Source of the DNA: Actinomycetota bacterium
GTDB lineage: Bacteria; Actinomycetota; CALGFH01
Assembly: GCA_036280995.1 (NCBI GenBank)
Contig: DASUPQ010000468.1
Span: forward strand, 1 to 41,237
Direction of reading: 5' to 3'
Length of the DNA: 41,237 bases
The notes under the pieces are model-generated. The model did not search any database, was not told the DNA's origin, and worked only from the letters and a program-made list of their open reading frames with translations. How positions within the stretch are numbered: the stretch's first letter is position 1; each line of letters starts with the position of its first letter. This document shows positions 6,921-16,521 of this stretch, piece by piece. The translations under genes were made by a program, and so were the position numbers.

Positions 6921-7973
6921 ATGGCACGGACCCGCCTGGCCGTCCTGTACGGCGGCCGCTCGGCCGAGCACCAGGTGTCGGTGGTCTCGGCCCGCTCGGT
7001 CATGGAGGCACTCGACCCCGAGCGCTTCGAGGTCGTCCCGATCGCCATCACCCGCGGGGGCGCCTGGATGCTGCCCGAGCGGTCGCCCCTTGAGCTGCCC
7101 GCCGCCGACGGCGCCCTGCCCGAGGTGGAGGCGGCCGGGAAGGAGCTGGCCGTCCGGCCCCAGCAGGGCGTCAGCGGGGTCGACGTGGTCTTCCCGATCC
7201 TGCACGGCCCCTTCGGCGAGGACGGGACCGTCCAGGGCCTGCTCGAGCTGGCCGACCTGCCGTACGTGGGCAGCGGGGTGCTCGCCTCGGCCCTGGCCAT
7301 GGACAAGGCCATGGCCAAGGTGGTGCTGGCCCAGGCCGGGCTGCCCCAGGCGCCGTACCTGGTCGTGCCCGAGCGGGACTGGCGGGCCGACCCGGGCAGG
7401 GTGGCGGCCGAGGTGGCCGGGCGCCTGGCCTACCCGGTGTTCACCAAGCCGGCCCGGCTCGGCTCCTCGATCGGCATCTCCAAGGTCAAGACCCCGGACG
7501 GCCTGGCCGCGGGCCTGGCCGCCGCCTTCGCCCACGACCCCAAGGCCCTGGTCGAGCAGGGCGTCGCCGCCCGCGAGCTGGAGTGCGGGGTGCTGGGCAA
7601 CGACGCCCCCGAGGCCAGCGTGGTCGGCGAGGTCATCCCCGGCCACGAGTTCTACGACTTCGAGGCCAAGTACCTGGACGAGTCGTTGAAGCTGGAGATC
7701 CCCGCCCAGGTTTCCGACGCCGTCCGGGCCCGGGTGCGCGAGCTGTCGCTGCGCGCGTTCCAGGCGCTGGACTGCGAGGGCTTCGCCCGGGTCGACTTCT
7801 TCTACGAGGAGGCGACCGGCCGGGTCCTGCTCAACGAGGTCAACACCATCCCCGGGTTCACGCCCAAGAGCATGTTCCCGATGCTCTGGGCCGCCTCCGG
7901 CCTCGCCTACCCCGACCTGGTCGCCCGCCTGGTCGACCTGGCCGTCGAGCGTCACGCCGACCGCAGGCGCTGA
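6921..7973 (+). CDS. ddl: D-alanine--D-alanine ligase
   Basis: 350 aa. The sequence reads LAVLYGGRSAEHQVSVVSA...FPILHGPFGEDGTVQGLLELADLPYVGSGVLASALAMDK...LNEVNTIPGFT. Confidence 0.95.
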   Translation: MARTRLAVLYGGRSAEHQVSVVSARSVMEALDPERFEVVPIAITRGGAWMLPERSPLELPAADGALPEVEAAGKELAVRPQQGVSGVDVVFPILHGPFGEDGTVQGLLELADLPYVGSGVLASALAMDKAMAKVVLAQAGLPQAPYLVVPERDWRADPGRVAAEVAGRLAYPVFTKPARLGSSIGISKVKTPDGLAAGLAAAFAHDPKALVEQGVAARELECGVLGNDAPEASVVGEVIPGHEFYDFEAKYLDESLKLEIPAQVSDAVRARVRELSLRAFQALDCEGFARVDFFYEEATGRVLLNEVNTIPGFTPKSMFPMLWAASGLAYPDLVARLVDLAVERHADRRR

Positions 7974-8024
7974 CCGCCAGGGCGTAGGCTTCCCGGGAGC
8001 GGCGCGCACGGGAGGCGGGTGCCG

Positions 8025-8921
8025 ATGTTCGAGCGTTTCACGGACCGGGCCAGGCGGGTGGTCGTGCTCGCCCAGGAGGAGGCCCGGCTCCTCAACCACA
8101 GCCACATCGGCACCGAGCACATCATGCTCGGGCTGATCAACGAGAAGAAAGGGGTCGCGGCCATCGCCCTGACCGAGCTCGGCATCTCGCTGGAGGCGGC
8201 CAGGACGGAGGTTATCGAGGTCATCGGCCGCGGCGACGAGGAACCGGCGGCCCACATCCCGTTCACGCCCCGGGCCAAGAAGGTCCTGGAGCTGTCGCTG
8301 CGCGAGGCCATGGCGCTCGGCCACAACTACATCGGCACCGAGCACATCCTGCTCGGCCTCATCCGCGAGGGCGAGGGCGTGGCCGCCCAGGTGCTGGTCA
8401 AGCTGGGCGCCGACCTGGACCGGGTCCGCCAGCAGGTGGTGCAGCTCCTGGCCGGCCACTCCGGCCCGGCCGAGCCGGTCGCGGCCGGGTATCCCCGGGT
8501 GGCCCAGGAGGCGGTCACGTCGATGGTCGCGGGCGGGCCGGGCGCCTTCCAGACGGAGCCGGCCGAGCTGGTCCGGGTGGTGCCGCTGGCCCGCGAGGTG
8601 TTCCGGGGCTTCGGCGTCCGGCTGGTGCTGATCTCGCTGGAGGTCTGGTCGGGCTGGATGGACCTGCGCTACGTCCTGCTGCCCGAGGAGCAGCCGGGCG
8701 CGCAGCACCTGGTCGACTTCGACTGGCAGGTCAGCGACGACGCCGGCACCGACTACCAGCTGATGGGCATGGCCACCGGCGGCGGCCGCCTGCTCCACAT
8801 CTTCCAGCTCGGCTTCCGGCCTGCCCCCCCGGAGGCGGCCCGGGTCATCACCCTGCGGGTCGGCGACCCCGAGCAGACCGACAGCCCCCTGGTGGTCGTC
8901 GAGATCGAGCTGGCCGCCTAG
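8025..8921 (+). CDS. Clp R (ClpC/ClpB N-terminal repeat) domain protein with an unassigned C-terminal domain and no AAA+ module
   Basis: Two Clp_N repeats are present: [38 protein letters not shown] and [45 protein letters not shown]. An approximately 150-aa beta-rich-looking tail follows. A GTG start at 8019 is an alternative. Confidence 0.8.
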   Translation: MFERFTDRARRVVVLAQEEARLLNHSHIGTEHIMLGLINEKKGVAAIALTELGISLEAARTEVIEVIGRGDEEPAAHIPFTPRAKKVLELSLREAMALGHNYIGTEHILLGLIREGEGVAAQVLVKLGADLDRVRQQVVQLLAGHSGPAEPVAAGYPRVAQEAVTSMVAGGPGAFQTEPAELVRVVPLAREVFRGFGVRLVLISLEVWSGWMDLRYVLLPEEQPGAQHLVDFDWQVSDDAGTDYQLMGMATGGGRLLHIFQLGFRPAPPEAARVITLRVGDPEQTDSPLVVVEIELAA

Positions 8922-10135
8922 GCCGGGCGGGCTTCGGCCAGCAGCTTGGCGATGCGGGTGACCCCCTCGACCAGGTCGTCGTCGCCGAGGGCGTAGGACA
9001 GGCGGGCGTAGCCGGGGGCGCCGAAGGCCTCGCCGGGCACGATCGCCACCTTGGCCTCCTCCAGGATCAGGTCGGCCAGCTCCATGCTGGTGACCGGGTG
9101 CTGGCCGCGCAGCTCCCGGCCCAGCACCGCCTCGACCGACGGGAAGGCGTAGAAGGCGCCCTCCGGCTCGACGCAGGTCACGCCGGGGATGGCCCGGAGC
9201 AGCTCCAGCATCTTGCGGCGCCGCCGGTCGAAGGCGGTGCGCATCTCGTTCACTGCCACCAGGTCCCCGGAGACGGCGGCCAGGGCGGCCGCCTGGGAGA
9301 CGTTGGCCACGTTCGAGGTGGCGTGGCTCTGGAGGTTGATGGCCGCCTTGACCACGTCAGGGGGGCCGATCAGCCAGCCGACCCGCCAGCCGGTCATGGC
9401 GTAGGTCTTGGCCACCCCGTTGACGACCACGCAGCGGTCGGCCAGCTCCGGCACCACCACCGGCATGGACGAGAACTCGGCCCGCCCGTACACCAGGTGC
9501 TCGTAGATCTCGTCGGTCAGCACCCACAGGCCGCGGCCGGACGCCCAGCGGCCGATGGCCTCGACCTCGTCGGGCGGGTAGACGGCGCCCGTCGGGTTGG
9601 AGGGGGAGACGAACACCAGCAGCTTGGTCCGGTCGGTGGCGGCCGCCTCGAGCTGGGAGACCGAGACCCGGAAGCCGGTCGACTGGTCGGTCTCCACGAT
9701 CACCGGCTCGGCCCCGGTCAGCGAGATCGCCTCGGGGTAGGTGACCCAGAACGGCGACGGCAGCAGGACCTCGTCGCCCGGGTCGAGCAGGGTGGTGAAG
9801 GCCTGGAAGAGGGCGTGCTTGCCGCCGTTGGTGACCATCACCTGGCTCGGCTCGACCCGCAGGCCCGAGTCGCGGGCCGTCTTGGCCGCGATCGCCGCCC
9901 GCAGCTCGGGCAGGCCCGCCCCCGGGGTGTAGTGGTGGAACCTGGGCTCGTGGCAGGCGGCCGCGGCCGCCTCGACGATGTGGTGGGGGGTGGGGAAGTC
10001 GGGCTCGCCGGCGCCGAACCCGATCACGTCCTCCCCGGCCGCCTTGAGCGCCTTGGCCTTGGCGTCGATGGCCAGGGTGGCCGACTCGGCGATGGCGGCG
10101 ACACGGCGGGAGATCCTCGGCTCTTGGGCTGGCAC
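8918..10135 (-). CDS. aspC: Aspartate/aromatic aminotransferase (class I PLP)
   Basis: GTG at 10135 lies 9 nt after GGAGG. The sequence reads [12 protein letters not shown]...SPSNPTG...[16 protein letters not shown], which includes the PLP Lys. The longer track ORF (to 10543) is a Pro/Arg-rich shadow extension. Confidence 0.9.
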   Translation of the reverse strand: MPAQEPRISRRVAAIAESATLAIDAKAKALKAAGEDVIGFGAGEPDFPTPHHIVEAAAAACHEPRFHHYTPGAGLPELRAAIAAKTARDSGLRVEPSQVMVTNGGKHALFQAFTTLLDPGDEVLLPSPFWVTYPEAISLTGAEPVIVETDQSTGFRVSVSQLEAAATDRTKLLVFVSPSNPTGAVYPPDEVEAIGRWASGRGLWVLTDEIYEHLVYGRAEFSSMPVVVPELADRCVVVNGVAKTYAMTGWRVGWLIGPPDVVKAAINLQSHATSNVANVSQAAALAAVSGDLVAVNEMRTAFDRRRRKMLELLRAIPGVTCVEPEGAFYAFPSVEAVLGRELRGQHPVTSMELADLILEEAKVAIVPGEAFGAPGYARLSYALGDDDLVEGVTRIAKLLAEARPA

Positions 10136-10188
10136 AGGGGCTGCCTCCGTCAGGCGCTGCGGTTGTGGAGCGAGGATAGAGTGGCCGC

Positions 10189-11313
10189 ATGACCGACCAG
10201 AAATCCACCCCGATCCTTCCGGGCGAACTGCGCCCGCGGGACGGCCGCTTCGGCAGCGGCCCCTCCAAGGTCCGCCAGGAGGCGGTGGCCGCCCTGGCCG
10301 CGGCCGCCCCCGGCTTCCTCGGCACCAGCCACCGCCAGGCCCCGGTCCGCCAGGTCGTCGGCCGCATCCGGGCCGGGCTGGCCGAGCTGTTCGACCTGCC
10401 GGCCGGCTACGAGGTCGCCCTCGGCAACGGCGGGTCGACCCTCTTCTGGGACCTGGCCACCTTCTCCCTGATCGAGCGGCGCAGCCAGCACCTGGTGTTC
10501 GGCGAGTTCTCGGCCAAGTTCGCCGCCGCCGCCACCGCCGCACCCCACCTGGACGAGCCCCAGGTGATCGTCAGCCCGTTCGGCAGCCACCCCTCCCCGC
10601 GTCCCGAGCCTCTGGTCGACCTGTACGCCCTGACCCACAACGAGACCTCCACCGGGGTGGCCATGCCGATCCGGCGGCCGTCCGGCGCCGGCGGCCTGGT
10701 CTGCGTCGACGCCACCTCGGCCGCGGGCGGGCTGGCCGTCGACCCGCGCGAGTTCGACGTCTACTACTTCGCCCCGCAGAAGTCGTTCGCCGCCGACGGC
10801 GGCCTCTGGCTGGCCTGCCTGTCGCCGGCGGCCGTCGAGCGGGCCGGGCGGGTCGCCGCCTCCGGCCGCCACATCCCGGCCATGCTCGACCTCGGGGTGG
10901 CCCTGGAGCAGTCACGGCTCGACCAGACCCTCAACACCCCTGCCCTGGCCACCCTGTTCCTGCTCGCCAACCAGCTCGACTGGCTGCTGGAGCAGGGCGG
11001 CCTGGCCTGGGCGACCAAGCGCTGCGACGAGTCGGCCGGGATCGTCTACGGCTGGGCCGAGGCCAGCGGGTACGCGACCCCGTTCGTGGCCGACCCGGCC
11101 ATGCGCAGCCACACCGTGGCCACCGTCGACCTCGACCCGTCGGTCGAGGCGGCGGCGGTGTCGCGGGCGCTGCGGGCCAACGAGATCCTCGACACCGAGT
11201 CGTATCGCAAGCTGGGGCGCAACCAGCTGCGCATCGCCATGTTCCCGGCGATCGAGCCGGGAGACCTGGACCGGCTGACCCGGGCGGTCGACTGGCTGGT
11301 GGAACGCCTCTAG
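10189..11313 (+). CDS. serC: Phosphoserine aminotransferase (actinobacterial type)
   Basis: 374 aa. The sequence reads [15 protein letters not shown]...[10 protein letters not shown]...[12 protein letters not shown]...HNETSTGV...[10 protein letters not shown]. Confidence 0.9.
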   Translation: MTDQKSTPILPGELRPRDGRFGSGPSKVRQEAVAALAAAAPGFLGTSHRQAPVRQVVGRIRAGLAELFDLPAGYEVALGNGGSTLFWDLATFSLIERRSQHLVFGEFSAKFAAAATAAPHLDEPQVIVSPFGSHPSPRPEPLVDLYALTHNETSTGVAMPIRRPSGAGGLVCVDATSAAGGLAVDPREFDVYYFAPQKSFAADGGLWLACLSPAAVERAGRVAASGRHIPAMLDLGVALEQSRLDQTLNTPALATLFLLANQLDWLLEQGGLAWATKRCDESAGIVYGWAEASGYATPFVADPAMRSHTVATVDLDPSVEAAAVSRALRANEILDTESYRKLGRNQLRIAMFPAIEPGDLDRLTRAVDWLVERL

Positions 11314-11549
11314 AGGTGGACCACCGGGCAGGTGAGGGTGCGGGTGATGCCGTCCACCGCCTGGACCCTCGCCACCACGAGCTTGCCCAGGTCGTCGACG
11401 TTGCGGGCCTCGGCGCGGACGATCACGTCGTAGGGGCCGGTGACGTCCTCGGCCTGCTGGACGCCCTTGATCTCGGCGATCTCCTTGGCGACCTGGGCGG
11501 CCTTGCCGACCTCGGTCTGGATGAGGATGTATGCCGTCACCACAAGCAA
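11310..11549 (-). CDS. Stand-alone Lrp/AsnC ligand-binding (RAM) domain protein
   Basis: 79 aa. The sequence reads VTAYILIQTEVGKAAQVAKEIAEIKGVQQAEDVTGPYDVIVRAEARNVDDLGKLV. No HTH is present. Confidence 0.75.
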   Translation of the reverse strand: MLVVTAYILIQTEVGKAAQVAKEIAEIKGVQQAEDVTGPYDVIVRAEARNVDDLGKLVVARVQAVDGITRTLTCPVVHL

Positions 11550-11736
11550 CGACCTCCTTGATCATGCCGCCGCAACGGCGCGCCCACGGCTGCACCGGGG
11601 TCGAAAGGTCTGCGCATGGTACACGGGGGTCCTGGGTGTGCCAAGGGCGGGACAGGGGCCGGTCAGGAAGCGACCGGCCAGGCGTTTCACGAAAGCGCAA
11701 GGCTCGGTATGCTTGCCTTCCCCGACCGGGAGCGAG

Positions 11737-12396
11737 ATGGCGGCACGGCAGCGGCGATTCCTCGACCGGCTGGAGGCCGGCGGGCTGCTGGCCGAGGTCG
11801 TGGCCGGTCTCGTCAGCCCCCCCGTGCTGGTCCTCGGCATCCCCCGGGGCGGCGTGGTCGTGGCCGCCCGGGTCGCGGCCCGGCTCGGCGCTCCCCTTGA
11901 CGTGGTCGTGCCCCGCAAGGTCGGCGCCCCCGGCAACCCCGAGCTGGCCGTCGGCGCCGTCGCCGACGGGGTGCAGGCGATCGACGAGCCGGCCGTGCGC
12001 CGCCTCGGCCTCGACATGGCCGAGGTCCGGGCCGAGGCCGCCCGCCAGACGGCCGAGGTGGCCAGGCGGACCGCCGCCTACCGCCAGGGCCTGCCCCCGC
12101 TCGTCCTGGCCGGCCGGACCGCGGTGCTGGTCGACGACGGGGTGGCGACCGGCTGGACCTGCGCGGCCGCCGCCTCCTACACCCGCCGGGCCGGCGCCGC
12201 CCGGGTCGTGGTCGCCGTGCCCGTCGGCCCGGTCGGCCTGGCCGAGCGGTTGCGGCCGGTGGTCGACGAGGTGGTCGTGCTGGTCACCCCGGACCCGTAC
12301 CTCAACGTCGGCCAGGCCTACGAGCGGTTCCCCCAGGTGGACGACGACGAGGTCCTGCGCTGTCTCCAGGAAGGGCGAGCCCATTCGCCACGCTAG
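11737..12396 (+). CDS. Phosphoribosyltransferase family protein
   Basis: The sequence has VLGIPRGGVVVA and the PRPP-binding acidic motif AVLVDDGVATGWT. The ATG at 11737 is in frame within track ORF 11440..12396. Confidence 0.8.
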   Translation: MAARQRRFLDRLEAGGLLAEVVAGLVSPPVLVLGIPRGGVVVAARVAARLGAPLDVVVPRKVGAPGNPELAVGAVADGVQAIDEPAVRRLGLDMAEVRAEAARQTAEVARRTAAYRQGLPPLVLAGRTAVLVDDGVATGWTCAAAASYTRRAGAARVVVAVPVGPVGLAERLRPVVDEVVVLVTPDPYLNVGQAYERFPQVDDDEVLRCLQEGRAHSPR

Positions 12397-12412
12397 ACTG
12401 GGGAACTCTCGT

Positions 12413-12426
12413 CTCCAACGTTGGAG
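12413..12426. promoter_or_regulatory. Perfect 14-bp palindrome CTCCAACGTTGGAG overlapping the pckA ribosome-binding site
   Basis: Seen directly in the sequence. It lies 17 nt after the PRTase stop and ends 7 nt before the pckA ATG. The right arm supplies the GGAG of the SD. Confidence 0.35.
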
Positions 12427-12433
12427 GGCCTAG

Positions 12434-13981
12434 ATGCCGAGCTCGCCACCGTCCGACCTGGGCCTTGCCGCCAAGTCGATCGCCTACCACCCGACCGAGG
12501 CCGAGCTTCGGTCCTACACCGACGCCATGCCCCAGGCCCGACAGACCGAGTACGGCAACGTCAACGTCCAGACCAAGGTGGTGTCCCGCTCCAAGGGGTC
12601 GACCTACGTGGTCACCGACCGGCCCGGCGAGCACAGCGACCAGACCATCGACCGGGAGGAGGGCGCCCGGCTGGCCGCCCTCCAGGACGAGTACATCCGC
12701 GGCCAGGACATGGTGGTGGTGGACGGCTTCGTCGGCCACGCCGGCCCCTACCGCACCCCGGCCCGGCTGATCATCGAGAAGGCCAACGCCAACATCGCCG
12801 GCATGCAGCGGTTCCTCTACTACGACCCGGTCGAGGGCGACACCGGCCACGAGCCCGAGATCACCATGATCTACACCCCCAACCTGGCCGCCCCCGGCTA
12901 CCCGAACGACCGGGTGATCGCCGTCGACCTGGAGGCCGGCGTCACCCGGGTGCTCAACTCCGACTACTTCGGGGAGTCGAAGAAGGGCGGCCTGCGGATG
13001 TGGAACCGCAAGGTCTACGAGGGCGGCGGGCTGGCCATGCACGCCGGCTGCAAGGTCATCCCGACCTCCCACGGCGAGAGGACCATGCTGATCGTCGGCC
13101 TGTCGGGGACGGGCAAGACGACCACCACCTTCACCAAGCAGAACGGCTCCCAGGCGGTCCAGGACGACTTCATCGGGCTGTTCGCGGGGGGGAAGGTCGT
13201 CTCCACCGAGGACGGCTGCTTCGCCAAGACGTTCGCCCTGTCGGCCGAGGACGAGCCGGCCATCCACGGGGCGGTGACCAAGCCCGACGCGTATCTGGAG
13301 AATGTCTCCCAGCATGGCGACAAGATCGACTTCTTCGACACCTCCTATACCCAGAACGGCCGGGCCGTGTTCAACATGCGCTCGATCGACAACTACCCGG
13401 CCGACCGGGTCCCGCCGGCGTCGTTCCTGCTGATCCTCAACCGCAACGAGAACATCATCCCGGGGGTGGCCCGGCTCAACATCGAGCAGGCGGCCGGCTA
13501 CTTCATGCTCGGCGAGACCCAGGGCACCTCGGCCGGCGGCAGGGACGAGGAGGGCAAGTCGCTGCGGGTGCCGGGGACCAACCCGTTCTTCCCGCTCCGC
13601 CACGAGCAGCAGGGCAACCGGCTGGCCGAGCTGCTGGAGACCCACCCGCTGGAGGTATTCCTGCTCAACACCGGGCGGGTCGGCGGCCCCGAGGACGACG
13701 ACCGCTCCAAGAAGGTGCGGATCCCGCACTCCTCGGCCATCGTGCGGGCCATCGCCGAGGGCTCCATCACCTGGGACGAGGACCCCGACTTCGGCTACCA
13801 GGTCGCCTCCGAGGTGCCCGGCATCGACGACCCCGAGCTGCTCCAGCCCCGCCGGCTGTACGAGCGCCAGGGCCGCTCCGACGAGTACCGCCGCCAGGTC
13901 GAGCGCCTCAAGGCCGAGCGGGCCGACTACCTGAGCGAGTTCCCGGGCCTGGACGAGGCCATCGTCAAGGCGGTCTCCTGA
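12434..13981 (+). CDS. pckA: Phosphoenolpyruvate carboxykinase (ATP)
   Basis: 515 aa. It has the kinase-1a P-loop GLSGTGKTT, plus ...DDFIGLF...NGRAVFN...LLNTGRVGG. The architecture is typical of ATP-type PEPCK. Confidence 0.95.
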   Translation: MPSSPPSDLGLAAKSIAYHPTEAELRSYTDAMPQARQTEYGNVNVQTKVVSRSKGSTYVVTDRPGEHSDQTIDREEGARLAALQDEYIRGQDMVVVDGFVGHAGPYRTPARLIIEKANANIAGMQRFLYYDPVEGDTGHEPEITMIYTPNLAAPGYPNDRVIAVDLEAGVTRVLNSDYFGESKKGGLRMWNRKVYEGGGLAMHAGCKVIPTSHGERTMLIVGLSGTGKTTTTFTKQNGSQAVQDDFIGLFAGGKVVSTEDGCFAKTFALSAEDEPAIHGAVTKPDAYLENVSQHGDKIDFFDTSYTQNGRAVFNMRSIDNYPADRVPPASFLLILNRNENIIPGVARLNIEQAAGYFMLGETQGTSAGGRDEEGKSLRVPGTNPFFPLRHEQQGNRLAELLETHPLEVFLLNTGRVGGPEDDDRSKKVRIPHSSAIVRAIAEGSITWDEDPDFGYQVASEVPGIDDPELLQPRRLYERQGRSDEYRRQVERLKAERADYLSEFPGLDEAIVKAVS

Positions 13982-14955
13982 CCGAGGACCTGAGGCGCAT
14001 CGGTGAGTTCGGGCTGATCGCCCGGCTCACCGGGGAGCTGGAGCTCGGGCCCGGGGTTGAGGTCGGGGCCGGCGACGACGCGGCCGTGCTCGAGCCCATG
14101 CCCGGGCACAAGCTGGTGGTCACCACCGACGTGCTGGTCGAGGGGCTCGACTTCACCGCCGCCCTGTCCGAGCCCGAGGACTGGGGCTGGAAGGCGGTCG
14201 CCGTCAACTGCTCCGACCTGGCCGCGATGGGTGCCGAGCCCCGCTGGCTGGTGATCGCGCTGACCGTGCCCGACCCCACCCCGGTGCCGACCCTTGAGCG
14301 GGTCTACGCCGGCGTCGGCGAGGCCTGCCGGGCGTTCGGGGCGGCGCTGGTCGGGGGCGACGTCTCCGCCGGCCCGGCCCTGTCGCTGGCCGTGACGGCG
14401 CTCGGCGAGGCCGAGCGGCCGGTGCTCCGGTCGGGGGCCCGGCCCGGCGACCGCCTGGCCGTGACCGGCCCGCTCGGGGCCGCCGCGGCCGGGCTGGCCC
14501 TGCTCCGGTCGGAGGACCCGGCGGCCAAGGAGCTGCTCGACCGGTTCCCGGGCCTGGCCGCCGCCCACCGCCGGCCCCGTCCGGCCCTGGCCATGGGCCT
14601 GGCCCTGGCCCGGGCGGGGGCGTCGGCCATGATCGACGTGTCCGACGGCCTGGCCGGCGACGCCGTCCACCTGGCCGAGTCGTCCGGGGTCGGGGTCGAG
14701 GTCCACGACGCCGCCGTCCCCCTCGCCCCCGGGGTCGCCGAGACGGCCGCCCTGCTGGGCCGGGACCCGCTGGAGCTGGCCCTCGGCGGGGGAGAGGACT
14801 TCGTCCTCGCCGCCGCCCTCCCCCGCACCGCCGACCTGGGCGGCGTGCTCGACTGCGGCCGCTTCACCCCCGACCAATCGACGCGGGTCCGGGTCACCCC
14901 GGCCGGCGTGATGCCATTGGCCGGCCTGGCCTACGACCACTTCCGCCAGGGCTAG
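13978..14955 (+). CDS. thiL: Thiamine-monophosphate kinase
   Basis: The sequence reads IGEFGLIARL...GAGDDAAVL...VVTTDVLVEGLDF...GWKAVAVNCSDLAAMGAEP...GGDVS. No in-frame ATG, GTG or TTG precedes the conserved GEF/GDDAAV motifs. The start is therefore assigned to CTG at 13978, which overlaps the pckA TGA (CTGA), and remains uncertain. Confidence 0.85.
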   Translation: MTEDLRRIGEFGLIARLTGELELGPGVEVGAGDDAAVLEPMPGHKLVVTTDVLVEGLDFTAALSEPEDWGWKAVAVNCSDLAAMGAEPRWLVIALTVPDPTPVPTLERVYAGVGEACRAFGAALVGGDVSAGPALSLAVTALGEAERPVLRSGARPGDRLAVTGPLGAAAAGLALLRSEDPAAKELLDRFPGLAAAHRRPRPALAMGLALARAGASAMIDVSDGLAGDAVHLAESSGVGVEVHDAAVPLAPGVAETAALLGRDPLELALGGGEDFVLAAALPRTADLGGVLDCGRFTPDQSTRVRVTPAGVMPLAGLAYDHFRQG

Positions 14956-16304
14956 CCGGCGGCGAGGACCTCGTCGGCGGCGCGCTCGCCCGACTGCACG
15001 GCCCCCTCCATGTAGGAGTTCCAGGCGGTGGCGGTCTCGGTGCCGGCCCAGTGGAGGCGGCCGACGGGCTCGCGCAGGGCCTGGCCGTAGGAGGTCCAGA
15101 CCCCGGGCGGGAAGTAGCCGGCGTAGCAGCCGCCGCTGTACTCCTCGTCGGCCCAGGACCGCTCCAGCAGCTCCCGCGGCCGGCCGGCCCGCTCGCCGAA
15201 GAAGCCGACGAGGGAGGCCAGGATGGTGGCCCGCCGGTCGCCGTGGCTTCGGCGGGCCCAGGCGCGGGCCTGGTCGCCCTCGATGAAGCCGACCAGGACC
15301 CCGGGCGACCCGCCCTCGGGGCAGTTGTCGTAGACGACCGCGACCGGGCCGCTGTCGCTGACGGCGAACCCGGACAGTCCATCCTGGCGCCAGAAGGGCT
15401 CGTCGTAGATGGCGTGGATCTTGACCACGCTGCCCATCGGCACCCGCTGGGTGAGCTGGCTGCGCCAGCCGGGCATGGCCGGCCGGTAGCCGATCCGCCC
15501 GGCGATCGCCGGCGGCACGGCCAGGATCGCCCGCCCGGCGGTCACCGTCCGGTCGCCGGCCTCGACCACCACCCCGGCCTCGCCGTGGCGGACCAGCCGG
15601 GCCGGGGCGCCGAGCACGACCCGCTCGCCCAGCGGCTCGGCCAGCCGGATCGAGATGGCCTGGGCGCCCTGGTGGAAGCGGCGCTCCTGGGCGCCCCCGG
15701 CGGTGGCGAGCAGCATGGCCATGCTCCCCGCCGAGCGGATGACGAACAGGGTGTGCAGCAGCGACAGCTCGCGGGCCTCGGCGGCCAGCGTCCCCCGGAC
15801 GATCTCCCGGAGCCAGTTCCGGACACGCTCGGACTCCACCCTGGCCTGGAGCCAGGTCTCGACCGTCTGGGAGTCCCAGGACAGCGCGTCCGTGGCCGTC
15901 CAGGGGGCCTCCGGCGGGACCGTGGCCGCCATGGCGTCGAGCTCGCGGATGGCCTGCCCCAGGGCGACCGCGCTCATCGGGTCGCCCTCGTCGAGCGGGT
16001 CGCCCTCGTAGCGGTGGGCCTGGCCGTCGCGGACCACGGTGTTGAGCCCCCGCTCCCAGGTCGGGTAGGTGGTGACGCCGACCCGCTCGGCCAGGGTGGC
16101 GATGCGGTCGTGGGTCGGCCCGACCCACTGGCCGCCGTGGTCGATCGGGGTGCCGTCGGCGGCGGGCAGGGTCAGGGTCCGCCCGCCGACCCGGTCGCGC
16201 GCCTCCAGCACCACCACCTCGGCGCCGGCGTCCACCAGCCGGGTCGCGGCGGCCAGGCCGGCCAGGCCGGCACCGACCACGACGACGTCTGCTGCGGGGG
16301 CCAC
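14952..16304 (-). CDS. FAD-dependent amine oxidase (monoamine/putrescine oxidase-like)
   Basis: GTG at 16304 follows GGAGAGAGAG. The dinucleotide-binding motif is DVVVVGAGLAGLAAATRLVDAGAEVVVLEARDRVGGR, and the C-terminus reads HWAGTETA. The track ORF extension to 16583 was rejected. Confidence 0.8.
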   Translation of the reverse strand: MAPAADVVVVGAGLAGLAAATRLVDAGAEVVVLEARDRVGGRTLTLPAADGTPIDHGGQWVGPTHDRIATLAERVGVTTYPTWERGLNTVVRDGQAHRYEGDPLDEGDPMSAVALGQAIRELDAMAATVPPEAPWTATDALSWDSQTVETWLQARVESERVRNWLREIVRGTLAAEARELSLLHTLFVIRSAGSMAMLLATAGGAQERRFHQGAQAISIRLAEPLGERVVLGAPARLVRHGEAGVVVEAGDRTVTAGRAILAVPPAIAGRIGYRPAMPGWRSQLTQRVPMGSVVKIHAIYDEPFWRQDGLSGFAVSDSGPVAVVYDNCPEGGSPGVLVGFIEGDQARAWARRSHGDRRATILASLVGFFGERAGRPRELLERSWADEEYSGGCYAGYFPPGVWTSYGQALREPVGRLHWAGTETATAWNSYMEGAVQSGERAADEVLAAG

Positions 16305-16521
16305 TGCTCTCTCTCCTCGCTCGGATGGCGTCCTGGGGGCCTGCGATGCCAGGGATGCTGCGGCGGTCGGGCGAGTCACGGCCCCTCGCGAGCGCCGAGC
16401 GGGATGCGGGCGAATGCTACGAAGGTGCGACGGGAAAACACCAGCGCCGTGTCCGCTTCGCGACGATCTGGTGCCGCCCCGCCCACCGAATGGGTACATT
16501 CCTTTCGAGAAAGGGGACGGC

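Noticed and set aside
5448-8798. 1116-aa ORF on the minus strand spanning four forward genes
   Set aside because: Its composition is Gly/Ala/Pro/Arg/Asp-rich and low-complexity with no recognisable motifs. It lies antisense to four well-supported genes (PLP enzyme, ddl, Clp_N protein and the membrane protein). This is a typical stop-free shadow frame in high-GC DNA.
10136-10543. N-terminal 136-aa extension of the aspC track ORF
   Set aside because: The extension is Arg/Pro/Gly-rich and overlaps serC antisense. An SD-preceded GTG at 10135 gives a normal 405-aa aminotransferase.
12421-13977. 5' two-thirds of the 844-aa track ORF 12421..14955
   Set aside because: Only the 3' third (thiL) shows family motifs. 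The upstream part is an alternative frame of pckA and gives Pro/Gly/Arg-rich sequence.
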